This document shows positions 33,103 to 44,225 of a stretch of 64,000 nucleotides of DNA, one piece after another. The translations under genes were made by a program, and so were the position numbers. The DNA lies in contig JAENVS010000011.1 in NCBI GenBank assembly GCA_016650445.1, positions 177,099 through 241,098 on the forward strand, in the 5' to 3' direction. The stretch's first letter is position 1; each line of letters begins with the position of its first letter. Source of the DNA: Frankiaceae bacterium (lineage in GTDB: Bacteria; Actinomycetota; Actinomycetes; Mycobacteriales; SCTD01). A model generated the notes under the pieces. It had not been told where the DNA came from, made no database searches, and saw only the letters and a list, made by a program, of their open reading frames with translations.

Positions 33103-34095
33103 TTGACCCCTCCCGCTCCCTCCGCCGTCCTCGACGCGCCCATGACGACCATCGACTACGTCGGTGACGACACGCGTCCACTGCAGCAGATCCCCACGAC
33201 GGAGTTCAAGGCGAGGTGGGAGCAGGTCGCTCTCTCGATCTTCATCGTCGTACCGCTCCTCGCGGTCGGCGCCGCCGGCTTCGTCCTGTGGGGCAACGGC
33301 CTGTCCTGGCACGACGTCGTCATCGCCGTCGTCTTCTACGCCATCAGCGGCCACGGCATCACGGTCGGCTACCACCGCTACTTCACGCACGGCTCGTTCA
33401 AGGCCAAGCGACCGCTGCGCATCGCGCTCGCCGTCGCCGGCAGCCTCGCGATCGAGGGCCCGGTGACCCGGTGGGTGGCCGACCACCGCAGGCACCACAT
33501 GTTCAGCGACGAAGAGGGCGACCCGCACTCGCCCTGGCGCTACGGCAACAACTTCAAGGCGCTCTGCAAGGGCCTGTACTACGCGCACGTCGGCTGGCTG
33601 TTCGACGTCGAGCAGACCGACCAGAAGCGCTTCGTGCCGGACCTGCTCGCGGACAAGGACATCGCCCGTGTCAGCAAGCTCTTCCCCTACCTCGTCGCCA
33701 CGTCGCTGATCCTCCCCGCGGTCATCGGTGGCCTCTGGTCGATGTCGTGGATGGGCGCTCTCACGGCGTACTTCTGGGCCAGCCTCGTGCGCATCTGCGT
33801 CCTGCACCACACGACCTGGTCGATCAACTCGATCTGCCACAGCGTCGGCAACCGGCCGTTCGTGACGAAGGATCGCTCCACCAACGTGTGGCCGCTGGCG
33901 ATCATCAGCATGGGCGAGTCGTGGCACAACCTTCACCACGCCGACCCCACCGCCGCCCGGCACGGCGTCGACAAGGGCCAGCTCGACTCCAGCGCCCGCG
34001 TCATCTGGGTCTTCGAGAAGCTCGGCTGGGCGTACGACGTCCGCTGGCCGAAGCAGGCGCGGCTCGACGCGCGTCGGGCCATCAGGGCGGCGTGA
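33103..34095 (+). CDS. acyl-CoA (delta-9) desaturase
   Basis: His boxes HRYFTH, HRRHH, HNLHH. Confidence 0.93.
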   Translation: MTPPAPSAVLDAPMTTIDYVGDDTRPLQQIPTTEFKARWEQVALSIFIVVPLLAVGAAGFVLWGNGLSWHDVVIAVVFYAISGHGITVGYHRYFTHGSFKAKRPLRIALAVAGSLAIEGPVTRWVADHRRHHMFSDEEGDPHSPWRYGNNFKALCKGLYYAHVGWLFDVEQTDQKRFVPDLLADKDIARVSKLFPYLVATSLILPAVIGGLWSMSWMGALTAYFWASLVRICVLHHTTWSINSICHSVGNRPFVTKDRSTNVWPLAIISMGESWHNLHHADPTAARHGVDKGQLDSSARVIWVFEKLGWAYDVRWPKQARLDARRAIRAA

Positions 34096-34754
34096 CCGCA
34101 ACACCCCAGGATCGAGGGGTGAACGAGGACGTACGGCGACCTGCCAAGGTCCGCATGACCGGCAAGGAGCGGCGCGAGCAGCTGCTCGATGTCGGTCGCT
34201 CCCTGTTCGCCGAGCGCGGCTTCGACGGCACCTCCGTCGAGGAGGTCGCCGCCCGCGCCGGGGTCAGCAAACCCGTGGTGTACGAGCACTTCGGCGGCAA
34301 GGAGGGCTTGTACGCCGTCGTCGTCGACCGTGAGGTCGGCCGCCTGCTCGACACCTTCACCAACGCGCTCACCGGCGACAACCCGCACCTGCTGCTGCAG
34401 CAGGCGACCCTCGCGATGCTGACCTACGTCGAGGACCAGGCCGACGGCTTCCGCATCCTCGTCCGCGAGTCGCCCGTCGGGCTGGAGAAGGGCGGCGGTT
34501 TCGCCACGATCATCAGCGACATCGCCAGCCAGGTGGAGCACATCCTGGCCCGGCAGTTCAAGGCACGCGGGTTCGAGACGAAGCTCGCGCCGCTCTACTC
34601 GCAGGCGCTGGTCGGCATGGTCGCCCTCACCGGGCAGTGGTGGCTCGACCAGCGCAAGCCGAAACGCGACGAGGTCGCCGCGCACCTGGTCAACCTGGCC
34701 TGGAACGGCCTCTCGCGCCTCGAGCAGAAGCCGCGGCTGGCGAAGCCCGACTGA
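34092..34754 (+). CDS. TetR/AcrR transcriptional regulator
   Basis: RMTGKERREQLL...TSVEEVAARAGVSKPVVYEHFGGKEGLY; start uncertain (34092 or 34119). Confidence 0.93.
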   Translation: MTATPQDRGVNEDVRRPAKVRMTGKERREQLLDVGRSLFAERGFDGTSVEEVAARAGVSKPVVYEHFGGKEGLYAVVVDREVGRLLDTFTNALTGDNPHLLLQQATLAMLTYVEDQADGFRILVRESPVGLEKGGGFATIISDIASQVEHILARQFKARGFETKLAPLYSQALVGMVALTGQWWLDQRKPKRDEVAAHLVNLAWNGLSRLEQKPRLAKPD

Positions 34755-34757
34755 TGG

Positions 34758-35186
34758 TCAGGCACGCACCGCGCGCTGCCTGTCACCGACGAGCGCCCCG
34801 GCGACGAGCAGGATCCCGGATGCGAGGTGCAGGAAGTGGTCCGCGCCGTTGAGGCCGATGATGTCGGCTGCGGTGTCGTTGATCACCGGTCCGAACGCCG
34901 CGAGCGCGATGTAGACGGCACCGATCGTGAGGTTCGTCGCGCGGGCGAGCGCGTGCGTCCGTGATGCCGCGATCAACGCCACGCCGATCAGCAGGTGCAC
35001 GATGTTGTGCAGTCCGTTGACGTCGAAGCCGAGCAGACTGGCGCCGTCCTGGCCGGCGAAGTCGACGTCGGTGCTCACGAAGAACCCGAGCACGCCGACG
35101 AGCGCGTAGACAGCGCCGAAGGCCAGTGCGAGCGTCTGGTTCAGGGTGCGTTCGCCGGTGCCGGCGGCGCTGTTGGCGAATGACAT
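34758..35186 (-). CDS. DUF4383 family membrane protein
   Basis: GAVYALVGVLGF, FDVNGLHNIVHLLIG, NGADHFLH; GGAGG RBS. Confidence 0.85.
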   Translation of the reverse strand: MSFANSAAGTGERTLNQTLALAFGAVYALVGVLGFFVSTDVDFAGQDGASLLGFDVNGLHNIVHLLIGVALIAASRTHALARATNLTIGAVYIALAAFGPVINDTAADIIGLNGADHFLHLASGILLVAGALVGDRQRAVRA

Positions 35187-35343
35187 GTGTTCCTCCAGGG
35201 GCAGGGGCGGACGCGGTCGTCCTTCAGCCTGGGTTCGCACGAGGACCGCAGACGGTTCATCTGGGAGCCGTGAGGTTTGCCAGGAATGCAACAGAACGGC
35301 AGGCTCCCGGCGTCCTCCTGAGTAGGAGACGAAAGGACGCTCG

Positions 35344-35880
35344 GTGCCCGCAACCCATGACGAGGACTTCGCGTCGTTCGTCAGCATGCGCAGTGGCCCG
35401 TTGCTGCGCCTTGCCGTCGGGCTGGCCGGATCACGGCCAGCCGGGGAGGACCTGCTCCAGTCGGCGCTCACCCGGGCATACCTGTCTTGGTCGAAGGTCC
35501 GCGGCGCCGCCGACGTCGACGCCTATGTACGTCGGATCGTGGTCAACAGCCACGTCTCGGTCCTGCGCCGCCGGCGGGTCCGGGAGGAGCTGCAGTCAGA
35601 CGTTGCAGACGTTGTCGGCACCGCTCCGTCGTACGGGATCGACGACCGCGACGCTTTGTGGACGGCACTCGCGCGGCTCGGCCGGCGCCAGCGGGCCATC
35701 GTCCTGCTCAGGTACTACGAGGACATGGCCGACGAGCAGATCGCCGAGCTCCTCGGCTGCCGTCCGGCCACCGTGCGAAGCCAGGCGATGCGAGCCCTGG
35801 CCACCCTGAAAGACCTCCCCGAGCTCGCCGAGCACAAGCCGCGGCCGGCCGCAGCCAACGTCACGTGGGAGATCCCATGA
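35344..35880 (+). CDS. ECF sigma factor (SigE/sigma-24 family)
   Basis: EDLLQSAL, RQRAIVLLRYYEDM, IAELLGC..TVRSQ. Confidence 0.92.
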   Translation: MPATHDEDFASFVSMRSGPLLRLAVGLAGSRPAGEDLLQSALTRAYLSWSKVRGAADVDAYVRRIVVNSHVSVLRRRRVREELQSDVADVVGTAPSYGIDDRDALWTALARLGRRQRAIVLLRYYEDMADEQIAELLGCRPATVRSQAMRALATLKDLPELAEHKPRPAAANVTWEIP

Positions 35881-36737
35881 CCGATGTCGAGACCGTCCTG
35901 CGCAGCCGTTTGCACGAGCAGCTTGACGACATCCACCCGTCCACGCTGACATCCGCACGCGCGCTGAGCTCCGGACACCGGGCGCGCAGGCGACGCAGCA
36001 TCGTGCTCGCCGGATCCGCCGCTCTCGCGCTCTTCGCAGGCGGAGCTGGCGCCATGACCGCGTTGCAGTCGCAGCCGACACACGAGTCCGTCATCCCTGC
36101 CTCCGGCCTCCCGACCCGGACGGTTGCCTACGCCGAGCAGCTCCGAGCCGGCGACTTCGCGAGCATCCGCGCGGACATGACGCCCGCGACCCGGGCAGCC
36201 CTGTCGGAAAGCGCGCTGCGGTCGGTTTGGCACCAGGCCCTTGCGACGTACGGCGACCCGACCGGGGTCGGCAGCCCGGTCGTCGACGCGGGCACGGTCA
36301 CGACAGTGCGTGTCCCGCTCCAGTTCAGCCGGGGCACCGTTGACCTGCGCGTGGCGTACGACGACCGCGGCGACGTCGTCGGGGTCACCCTCCTGACGTC
36401 GGGAGTGGAACAGCTGCCGGACGCGTCACAAGCGCTCCAGGAGACGGCCAGACAGGTGGTTGCCGACCTCGCGGATGGTCGCTTCGGCAGGGTGCACGCC
36501 CGCTTCGACGCCCGCATGTCCGCCGGTTTGCCCGCGGCCGCTCTCGGTCGCGCCTGGCAGCAGGTTGCCGTCGACCTGCACGGCGGCTTCGTGTCGACGG
36601 GCGGGCTGTCCTCGACCCGGATCGCCGGGAACACCGTCATCGACATCTACTGCACGATGCAGCGGGGTGACCTCAACGTCCGCGTCTCCTTCAACGACGT
36701 CGGTCGCATCAGCGGTTTGTACCTGCTGGACACCTAG
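35877..36737 (+). CDS. putative anti-sigma factor with TM helix and two DUF3887-like domains
   Basis: ATGA overlap with sigma; RARRRR+TM; two repeats (GDFASIRADM..WHQ..YG / GRFGRVHARF..WQQ..HG). Confidence 0.7.
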   Translation: MTDVETVLRSRLHEQLDDIHPSTLTSARALSSGHRARRRRSIVLAGSAALALFAGGAGAMTALQSQPTHESVIPASGLPTRTVAYAEQLRAGDFASIRADMTPATRAALSESALRSVWHQALATYGDPTGVGSPVVDAGTVTTVRVPLQFSRGTVDLRVAYDDRGDVVGVTLLTSGVEQLPDASQALQETARQVVADLADGRFGRVHARFDARMSAGLPAAALGRAWQQVAVDLHGGFVSTGGLSSTRIAGNTVIDIYCTMQRGDLNVRVSFNDVGRISGLYLLDT

Positions 36738-38498
36738 CTAGCCCGCCGCATCAGACAGCTCGAGCCAGGTGTCCTCGAGCTCGGTCTTGCGCGCTTCGAT
36801 CTCGCGCAGCCTGCTGTCGAGGGTGGCGACCTTGTCGTAGTCGGCGGCGTGGGCGGCGATGTCAGCGAGCACCTGATCGTGCTCCTTGTCCAGGCGAGCC
36901 ATCTCGCGCTCGACCCGCGTGAGCTCCTTCTTCGCGGCACGGGTGTCACCGCCGCCCTTCGACTTCGGCGCCGCGGCCGGCGTCTGCTTGAACCGCTTGG
37001 CGAGGTACTCGTCGACGCCACCCGGCAACGCGGCGACCGACCCGTCGCCCATCAAGGACGCCGTGACCGTCGTGACCCGCTCGAGGAAGTAGCGGTCGTG
37101 ACTGACGACGATCAGCGTCCCCGGCCAGCCGTCCAGCAGGTCCTCGAGTGCGGTGAGCGTGTCGATGTCGAGGTCGTTGGTGGGCTCGTCGAGCAGGATC
37201 ACGTTGGGCTCGCCCATGAGCAGCCGCAGGATCTGCAGCCGCCGTCGCTCGCCACCGGACAGGTCGCCGACGCGGGTCCACTGCGCGTTGCCGGTGAAGC
37301 CGAACCGGTCGGCGAGCGTGGAGGCCCCGATCGTCTTGCCGCCACCGAGGTCGACAACCTTCGCGATCTGCTCCACCGCTTCGAGCACACGAAGCGACGG
37401 GTCCAGCTCGGCGACCTCCTGCGAGAGGTACGCCGGCTTCACGGTCTGCCCGACGACGATCCGGCCGCGGTCGGGCTGCTGCTGCCCGACGAGCAGCTTC
37501 AGCAGCGTCGACTTGCCCGCGCCGTTGACGCCGACGATGCCGATCCGATCACCTGGCCCCGGGTGCCAGTCGACGTTGTCGAGCAGCACCTTCTTGCCGA
37601 ACGCGAGCGTGACGCCGTGCAGCTCGTACACGGTCTTGCCGAGCCGCGCGGCCGAGAACCGCTGCAGGGCGATGTCGTCCCGCGCCGGCGGCTCGTCGGC
37701 GATGAGCGCGTTCGCGGCATCGATCCGAAACTGCGGCTTGCTCGTGCGAGCGGGCGGTCCGCGCCGGAGCCAGGCGAGCTCCTTCTTCACCAGCTGCAGG
37801 CGCTTCTGCTCGGCGGTCGACGCCATCCGGTCCCGCTCGGCCCGTGCGAGCACGTACGCCGAGTAGCCGCCCTCGTAGGCGTCGACGACGCCGTCGTGCA
37901 CCTCCCACGTCGTGTTGTTGACCTCGTCGAGGAACCACCGGTCGTGGGTCACCACGAGGTGCGCCTGCGACGACGACCGCTGCTTGAGGTGGGCGGCCAG
38001 CCAGGCGACGCCCTCGACATCGAGGTGGTTGGTCGGCTCGTCCAGGACGAGCAGATCCCACTCCTGGGTGAGCAGCGCGGCCAGTGCGACGCGCCGCCGC
38101 TCGCCGCCCGACAGCGTCCCGACGCTGCTGTCGAGCCCGATGTCGTGCAGTCCGAGCCCGTCGAGCACCTCACGCACCCGCGCGTCACCGGCCCAGGTGT
38201 GCTCTGCCGTCTCACCCAGGATCGCCTGGTGCGCGGTGAGACGCACGTCGACGCGGACGTCCTGGGTCAGTACGCCGACGCGCAACCCCGTCGTGTGGGT
38301 GACCCGTCCCGAGTGCGGTTCCTCGGCCTTCACCAAGGTCTTGAGCAGCGTCGTCTTGCCGCCGCCGTTGCGACCGACGACGCCGACGCGGTCGCCCTCC
38401 GAGATGCCGAGCGAGACGGCGTCGAGCAGCAGGCGGGTGCCGTGCGCGACGGTGACGTTCTCAAGGTTGACGAGGTTGCGTGCGCTGGGCCCGGCCAT
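36738..38498 (-). CDS. ABC-F family ATPase (Uup-like)
   Basis: Two NBDs (GRNGGGKT, GVNGAGKS, LSGGERRR twice, LDEPTN), no TM, coiled-coil tail. Confidence 0.93.
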   Translation of the reverse strand: MAGPSARNLVNLENVTVAHGTRLLLDAVSLGISEGDRVGVVGRNGGGKTTLLKTLVKAEEPHSGRVTHTTGLRVGVLTQDVRVDVRLTAHQAILGETAEHTWAGDARVREVLDGLGLHDIGLDSSVGTLSGGERRRVALAALLTQEWDLLVLDEPTNHLDVEGVAWLAAHLKQRSSSQAHLVVTHDRWFLDEVNNTTWEVHDGVVDAYEGGYSAYVLARAERDRMASTAEQKRLQLVKKELAWLRRGPPARTSKPQFRIDAANALIADEPPARDDIALQRFSAARLGKTVYELHGVTLAFGKKVLLDNVDWHPGPGDRIGIVGVNGAGKSTLLKLLVGQQQPDRGRIVVGQTVKPAYLSQEVAELDPSLRVLEAVEQIAKVVDLGGGKTIGASTLADRFGFTGNAQWTRVGDLSGGERRRLQILRLLMGEPNVILLDEPTNDLDIDTLTALEDLLDGWPGTLIVVSHDRYFLERVTTVTASLMGDGSVAALPGGVDEYLAKRFKQTPAAAPKSKGGGDTRAAKKELTRVEREMARLDKEHDQVLADIAAHAADYDKVATLDSRLREIEARKTELEDTWLELSDAAG

Positions 38499-39418
38499 CA
38501 GGCGAGCTCGACGACGCGCGCGCCGTGTGCCGGGCCGTCCGCTCGACGCACGGCCCGGCAGACCCGCTGGCCGGCGAGTGCGGCCGCGAGCCCGACAGCG
38601 TGCTCCTCGTTGCGGGCGAGGAAGGCCACCGTGGGCCCCGACCCCGACACGATCCCGCCGAGTGCGCCGAGGTCCTTGCCGGTGTCGAGCAGCGCCCGCA
38701 GCGACGGACGCAGAGCGACAGCGGCTGCCTGCAGGTCGTTGCCCAGCACGTGCCCGAGCGCGGCGGCATCCCCACGGCGCAGCGCGGACAGCACCGCCGA
38801 CGCGTCGCTGACGACACCCACCGGGCCGCTGTCGCGCTGCCGGTCAAGCTCGGCGTAGACCTCGGACGTCGCCAGCCCGCCGTCGGCGAGCGCGAGGACC
38901 CACGAGTACGCGCCGTGCCCGAGGACCGGGGTGAGCTGCTCTCCGCGGCCGGTGCCCAGCGCGGTCCCGCCGTGCAGGGAGAACGGCACGTCGCTGCCGA
39001 GTCGCGTCGCCAGCGCCAGCAGGTCGTCGCGACCGAGCCCGGTCCCCCAGAGCGCGTCGCAGGCGACCAGGGCGGCGGCTGCGTCCGCAGATCCACCGGC
39101 ACAGCCGCCGGCGACGGGGATGCTCTTGCGGATCGTCAGCGCGACAACCGGCTCGTGGCCGGTCTCCATGCCGAGCAGCGCCGCGGCCCGCATGGCGAGG
39201 TTGTCCCGATCGGTGGGCACCTGGTCAGCACCCTCGCCCGAGACGGTGACCGTGAGCGCGTCGGCGCGCACGGCGTCGACCTCGTCGTACAGGCCGACGG
39301 CATGAAAGACCGTCGTCAGGTCGTGGAAGCCGTCCGGCCGCCGGCGCCCGACAGAAAGGTGCAGGTTGAGCTTCGCGGGTGCCCGGACCGTCACGCGTTC
39401 GATGTGCTGGCGCCGCAC
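38498..39418 (-). CDS. ispE: 4-diphosphocytidyl-2-C-methyl-D-erythritol kinase
   Basis: APAKLNLHL, IPVAGGCAGGSADAAA, GSDVPF, SGSGPT. Confidence 0.95.
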   Translation of the reverse strand: MRRQHIERVTVRAPAKLNLHLSVGRRRPDGFHDLTTVFHAVGLYDEVDAVRADALTVTVSGEGADQVPTDRDNLAMRAAALLGMETGHEPVVALTIRKSIPVAGGCAGGSADAAAALVACDALWGTGLGRDDLLALATRLGSDVPFSLHGGTALGTGRGEQLTPVLGHGAYSWVLALADGGLATSEVYAELDRQRDSGPVGVVSDASAVLSALRRGDAAALGHVLGNDLQAAAVALRPSLRALLDTGKDLGALGGIVSGSGPTVAFLARNEEHAVGLAAALAGQRVCRAVRRADGPAHGARVVELA

Positions 39419-39457
39419 GGGTGTGGAGCTCCTCGGTCAGATGGCTGGCACTGGATG

Positions 39458-40291
39458 TTACGTGGCCGCGAGTCGAGCGAACTCCTCGACGCCAAGGACC
39501 TCGCCTCGCACCGACGGGTCGATGCCCGCGGCACGCAGCCGGCGCTCGGCTTCGTCGGCTGATCCGGCCCATCCGGCCAGCGCCGCCCGCAGTGTCTTGC
39601 GCCGCTGCGCGAACGCTGCATCCACCAGCGCGAACACGGCCGCCCGGTCGCCCGCCGGCGCCGGCCGCCGCGTGAACGCGACAAGCCCCGAGTCGACGTG
39701 CGGCGCCGGCCAGAAGACGTTGCGCCCGACAGCGCCGGCGCGACGTACGTCGGCGTACCAGGCTGCCTTGACCGACGGCACGCCGTAGGTCTTCGACCCC
39801 GGCGGTGCGACGAGCCGGTCGGCGACCTCGGCCTGCACCATCACCAGCCCGGTCCGCAGCGACGGCAGCCGCTCCAGCAGCCGCAGCAGCACCGGCACGG
39901 CGACGTTGTACGGCAGGTTCGCGACGAAGGCTGTCGGCGCCGGCCCCGGCAGCTCGATCAGCCGCAGCGCGTCCTCGTTCACGACCTCGAGCCGATCTGC
40001 GTAAGCCGGCAGCCGGTGGGCGACCGTCAGCGGCAGCTCGGTCGCAAGGACGCGGTCGATCTCGACGGCGACGACGTGCGACACCACCGGCAGCAGCCCG
40101 AGCGTCAGCGACCCCAGGCCCGGCCCGACCTCGACCACGACGTCATCGGCGCCGACGCCGGCGGTGCGGACCAGGCGCCGGACCGTGTTGGGGTCGATGA
40201 CGAAGTTCTGGCCGAGTGACTTCGTCGGCCGCAGGCCGAGCCGGCTGGCGAGCTCCCGGACGTCGGGAGCGGTCAAGAGGGCGTCCGGCAC
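39458..40291 (-). CDS. rsmA: 16S rRNA dimethyladenosine transferase
   Basis: [27 protein letters not shown]. Confidence 0.96.
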   Translation of the reverse strand: MPDALLTAPDVRELASRLGLRPTKSLGQNFVIDPNTVRRLVRTAGVGADDVVVEVGPGLGSLTLGLLPVVSHVVAVEIDRVLATELPLTVAHRLPAYADRLEVVNEDALRLIELPGPAPTAFVANLPYNVAVPVLLRLLERLPSLRTGLVMVQAEVADRLVAPPGSKTYGVPSVKAAWYADVRRAGAVGRNVFWPAPHVDSGLVAFTRRPAPAGDRAAVFALVDAAFAQRRKTLRAALAGWAGSADEAERRLRAAGIDPSVRGEVLGVEEFARLAAT

Positions 40292-41416
40292 CTACAAGTA
40301 CTTACCGCACACCGGCCACGGGGAACGGCCGGAGCGGGAGTACAGGATCTTGGCGCGGTAGGTCTGCTCACTCGGCGACGCGTCGATCGGGTCACCCGTG
40401 CCGCCTACACCGCGCCACGTGCTCATCGAGAACTGGTAGAGCCCGCGGTAGGCGCCGCTGCTCGAGACGGCACGCGGGTTGCCACCCGACTCGCACCGTG
40501 CCAGCGCGGCCCAGTTGAGGCCGTCGGCGCTGCCGGTCGAGCGCCGCACCGCGGGGCGCGGCTTCGTGCCGACGACGAGCACGCGCGTCACGGGGTCGGC
40601 CGTCTTGACCTCGCTGCCGAGGTGCTTCGCGGCGAGCTTGCCGTTGACGAAGCGGAGGGTGTAGGTACGGAGCAGTACGCCGGGGCGGCCGGCGACCAGC
40701 ACCTTGGTGTCGCCCTTGAACATCGTCGCGTCGGTGCGACGGTCGGTGCGATACGGGATCGGGAAGCTCTCCGTCACTGTGCGCCCGACGACGCGGGTCA
40801 CGCGGATGACCATCCGGTCGGTGAGGACTGCGCTGCGCGGAGCGGAGAGCTGGTCGGTCGGGTTGAGCCGGACGGCGGCCTGGATCAGCGCGTCGCGGAC
40901 CGTGCGGCCGGTCGTCGTCAGCGTGGTGACGTGGCCGTCGACGAGGATCGCGACCGCCTTGGGCGTCAGCACCTCCAGCGAGAAGCCGCCGAGCGGGATG
41001 CCGCGCGAGCGCGACGCCGACAGGACGGCGCCGTCTGCACGCAGGCCGATCTGGTCGAGCGCCTCCTCGACGGACGCCGCGGTCACCCACACGACCCGCC
41101 GGTGCCCGTCGACGACCAGCGCCAGCTGGCGGCCGCGGCGCAGCGCGATGCGGTCGCCGTCCTCGATGTTGGTGGAGGCCGACGGAGCGAGCAGGTCATG
41201 GGCACCCGCCGCCAGGCCGGCCGCGGTGAGGGCGTCACGAACCGTGCCGCCGTGCGTCGTCACCAGCCGGGTCTGACCGTCGACCGAGAGGGCGACCGTC
41301 TTCTCGGTGAGGGCGAAGCCCGCGGTGCCGCCGACCAGAGCCAGCAGGACAGCGCTCTGCAGCACACGTGCCAGCGGGCGGGGCAGCAGGGCCTTCATCG
41401 AGAAGGTGACGCTCAC
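40292..41416 (-). CDS. rpfB: resuscitation-promoting factor B (DUF348 x3, G5, lytic transglycosylase)
   Basis: WAALARCESGGN, GLYQF..TW, WPVCG; between tatD and rsmA. Confidence 0.92.
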   Translation of the reverse strand: MSVTFSMKALLPRPLARVLQSAVLLALVGGTAGFALTEKTVALSVDGQTRLVTTHGGTVRDALTAAGLAAGAHDLLAPSASTNIEDGDRIALRRGRQLALVVDGHRRVVWVTAASVEEALDQIGLRADGAVLSASRSRGIPLGGFSLEVLTPKAVAILVDGHVTTLTTTGRTVRDALIQAAVRLNPTDQLSAPRSAVLTDRMVIRVTRVVGRTVTESFPIPYRTDRRTDATMFKGDTKVLVAGRPGVLLRTYTLRFVNGKLAAKHLGSEVKTADPVTRVLVVGTKPRPAVRRSTGSADGLNWAALARCESGGNPRAVSSSGAYRGLYQFSMSTWRGVGGTGDPIDASPSEQTYRAKILYSRSGRSPWPVCGKYL

Positions 41417-41602
41417 GGTTCTCCGGTGCGCGGGGGGGGCGATGTCACGGCACGGTAACGGGCTGGTTGCCCCACCGCCAAGGGAGGTCTGGCCCGAACG
41501 GGCTACCGATCGTGGTCCGCACTACCTAAAGCCGCAGGTCAGCGGCCACGTGCCGACGGCCCTGTGACCCGTGCCACTCTGTGACTGCTGTGACGGATGT
41601 GG

Positions 41603-42424
41603 TTACAGGGCGAACGCCCGGCGCCCGTTGTCGGCGACGGCGGCGCAGAGCTCGTCGAGGTCGGCAGCCCGCACCTCGGCCAGCGCGCGCATGGTCAACG
41701 GGATCAGGTACGACGCGTTCGGCCGGCCGCGGTACGGCATCGGTGTGAGGAACGGCGCATCCGTCTCGACCAGGAGCAGCTCGGCCGGCGCGACCGACGC
41801 CGCCTCGCGAAGGTCGCCTGCGTTCTTGAACGTGACGTTGCCGGCGAAGCTCATCCAGTAGCCGCGGTCGGCGCAGACCCGCGCCATCGCCACATCACCG
41901 GAGAAGCAGTGGAAGACGACGCGCCCCGGCGCGCCCTCCTCATCGAGGACGCGCAGCACGTCGTCGTGGGCGTCGCGATCGTGGATGACCAGAGCCGTGT
42001 CCGTCGCCTTCGCGATCGCGATGTGCGCCCGGAAGGACTCCTCCTGCGGACGGCGCCCGTCCTCCGCCGTGCGGAAGTGGTCGAGCCCGGTCTCACCGAC
42101 CGCCTTCACCTGCGGCAGTGCGGCGAGCCGTTCGATCTCGGCGAGCGCGTCCGGTGTCGCGGCGCCACGGCCTGCTTCGTTCGGGTGCAGCGCAACCGCA
42201 GCCCAGAGCGACGAATGCTCAGCGGCGATCCGCGCGGACAGCTGTGACGACGCGACGTCGATGCCGATCTGCACGACGGTGTCGACGCCGACCGCCCGTG
42301 CGGCGTCGAGCTGCGCCCTGACATCACCGCCGACGATGTCGAGGTGGCAGTGGCTGTCGAGCACCGGCACCGCAAGCGCCTCCGGAGCCGGCGGCGCCTC
42401 GCCCTCCCGCTCGCCTCTAGCCAC
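41603..42424 (-). CDS. tatD: TatD family hydrolase
   Basis: DSHCHL, LHPNE, GETGLD, HDRDA, HCFSG, ETDAPF. Confidence 0.94.
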   Translation of the reverse strand: MARGEREGEAPPAPEALAVPVLDSHCHLDIVGGDVRAQLDAARAVGVDTVVQIGIDVASSQLSARIAAEHSSLWAAVALHPNEAGRGAATPDALAEIERLAALPQVKAVGETGLDHFRTAEDGRRPQEESFRAHIAIAKATDTALVIHDRDAHDDVLRVLDEEGAPGRVVFHCFSGDVAMARVCADRGYWMSFAGNVTFKNAGDLREAASVAPAELLLVETDAPFLTPMPYRGRPNASYLIPLTMRALAEVRAADLDELCAAVADNGRRAFAL

Positions 42425-44216
42425 TGGTCTCGAGACGGGCGAGCTCCTCGTCCACGACCGACGGGTCGAGCTTGGCGAACAGCGGGACAGCCGGACCGAT
42501 CTCGATGCCGGGCGAGATCGGTCGCGGCTCCCACACCGCCTCCGTGTCGTAGTCGCCCATGAGGACGGGGTACGACGGACCACCGTCGAGGTCGTCGACC
42601 TCACGCAGCTCGGGTTGCCCGGCCCACGCCGCCCTGCCGCCGAGCATGGCGTACACCTTGTCCGACGAGTCGGGCAGGAACGGCGTCAGCAGCGTCTTGC
42701 AGTCGTCGACCAGCTGGAGCGCGACATGCAGCACCTGGTCGCGTCGGGCCGGATCGTCCTTGAGCTTCCACGGCGCCTGGTCCGAGAGGTACTTGTTCGC
42801 CTCGGCGACCACCTTCATGACCTCGGCAAGCGCCGCCCGCTGCTGCGACCGCTCCATCAGCGCACCGATCGGCGCGAACGCGTCACGGCTCGCCTGCAGC
42901 ACGCGGTTGTCGTCTCCGGTGAGCTCGCCCGCCTCGGGGATGCGGCCGACGTTCTTGTGCACCATCGACACCGTGCGGTTGACGAGGTTGCCCCAGCCGG
43001 CGACGAGCTCGGTGTTGTTGCGGGTGACGAACTGCTCCCACGTGAAGTCGGTGTCACTCGACTCGGGTCCGGCTGCGGCCAGGCAGTAGCGCAGCGCGTC
43101 GGCGCCGTACCGCTCGAGCACGTCGCGCACGTAGATGACAACGGAGCGACTGGAGGAGAACTTCCTGCCCTCCATGGTGAGGAACTCGCTCGACACCACC
43201 TCGCTCGGGAGTGCCAGCTTGCCCATCGAGCCGGCAGTCCCGGCGGGCTGGCCCTCGCCGTTGTAGCCGAGCAGGATCGCCGGCCAGATGACCGAGTGGA
43301 AGACGACGTTGTCCTTGCCCATGAAGTAGTAGCCACGGGCTGGCTCATCACCGGGCGAGCTCTGCCACCACGCCCGCCACGCGTCGGGGTCACCCGTGCG
43401 TCGGGCCCACTCGACGGACGCGGACAGGTAGCCGATGACCGCGTCGAACCACACGTAGATCCGCTTGTCGTCGCGGTCCGACCAGCCGGGCAGCGGGATC
43501 GGCACGCCCCAGTCGAGGTCGCGGGTGATGGCGCGCGGCTTGAGGTCCTCGAGCAGGTTGTAGGAGAACTTCAGGACGTTGGGGCGCCACTCCGTCCGTG
43601 ACTGCAGCCAGGAGCCGAGCGCCTCCGCGAAGGCGGGCAGCTCGAGGAAGAACTGCACCGACTCCTCGAACTTCGGCGCCTTGCCGTCGATCTTCGAGCG
43701 CGGGTTGATCAGGTCCTGCGGGTCGAGCTGGTTGCCGCAGTTGTCGCACTGGTCGCCGCGCGCGCCGTCGTATCCGCAGATCGGGCAGGTGCCTTCTACG
43801 TACCGGTCCGGCAACCCGCGGCCCGTCGTCGGATCGATGGCGGACAGCTGCGACCGCTCGACGACGTAGTGGTTGTCGAAGAGGCCCTTGAACAGCTCCT
43901 GCGTCACTGCGTAGTGGTTGCGGGTCGTCGTACGCGTGAACAGGTCGTAGGACAACCCGAGCCCCTGCAGGTCCTCGGCGATGACGCGGTTGTAGCGGTC
44001 GGCGAGCTCGCGCGCCGTCACACCTTCCTTGTCGGCCTGCACCTGGATGGGCGTGCCGTGCTCATCGGTGCCGCTGACCATGAGGACCTTGTTGCCCGCC
44101 ATGCGCTGGTAGCGGCTGAACACGTCGGACGGCACGCCGAAGCCGGCGACGTGGCCGATGTGGCGCGGGCCGTTGGCGTAGGGCCAGGCGACCGCGGTCA
44201 GGACGTGACGGGACAT
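42417..44216 (-). CDS. metG: methionyl-tRNA synthetase
   Basis: [17 protein letters not shown], zinc knuckle, KFSSS. Confidence 0.97.
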   Translation of the reverse strand: MSRHVLTAVAWPYANGPRHIGHVAGFGVPSDVFSRYQRMAGNKVLMVSGTDEHGTPIQVQADKEGVTARELADRYNRVIAEDLQGLGLSYDLFTRTTTRNHYAVTQELFKGLFDNHYVVERSQLSAIDPTTGRGLPDRYVEGTCPICGYDGARGDQCDNCGNQLDPQDLINPRSKIDGKAPKFEESVQFFLELPAFAEALGSWLQSRTEWRPNVLKFSYNLLEDLKPRAITRDLDWGVPIPLPGWSDRDDKRIYVWFDAVIGYLSASVEWARRTGDPDAWRAWWQSSPGDEPARGYYFMGKDNVVFHSVIWPAILLGYNGEGQPAGTAGSMGKLALPSEVVSSEFLTMEGRKFSSSRSVVIYVRDVLERYGADALRYCLAAAGPESSDTDFTWEQFVTRNNTELVAGWGNLVNRTVSMVHKNVGRIPEAGELTGDDNRVLQASRDAFAPIGALMERSQQRAALAEVMKVVAEANKYLSDQAPWKLKDDPARRDQVLHVALQLVDDCKTLLTPFLPDSSDKVYAMLGGRAAWAGQPELREVDDLDGGPSYPVLMGDYDTEAVWEPRPISPGIEIGPAVPLFAKLDPSVVDEELARLETSG

Positions 44217-44225
44217 GCTCTGAGC

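Noticed and set aside
41417-41602. c-di-AMP (ydaO) riboswitch upstream of rpfB
   Set aside because: Conserved ydaO sequence elements not recognisable
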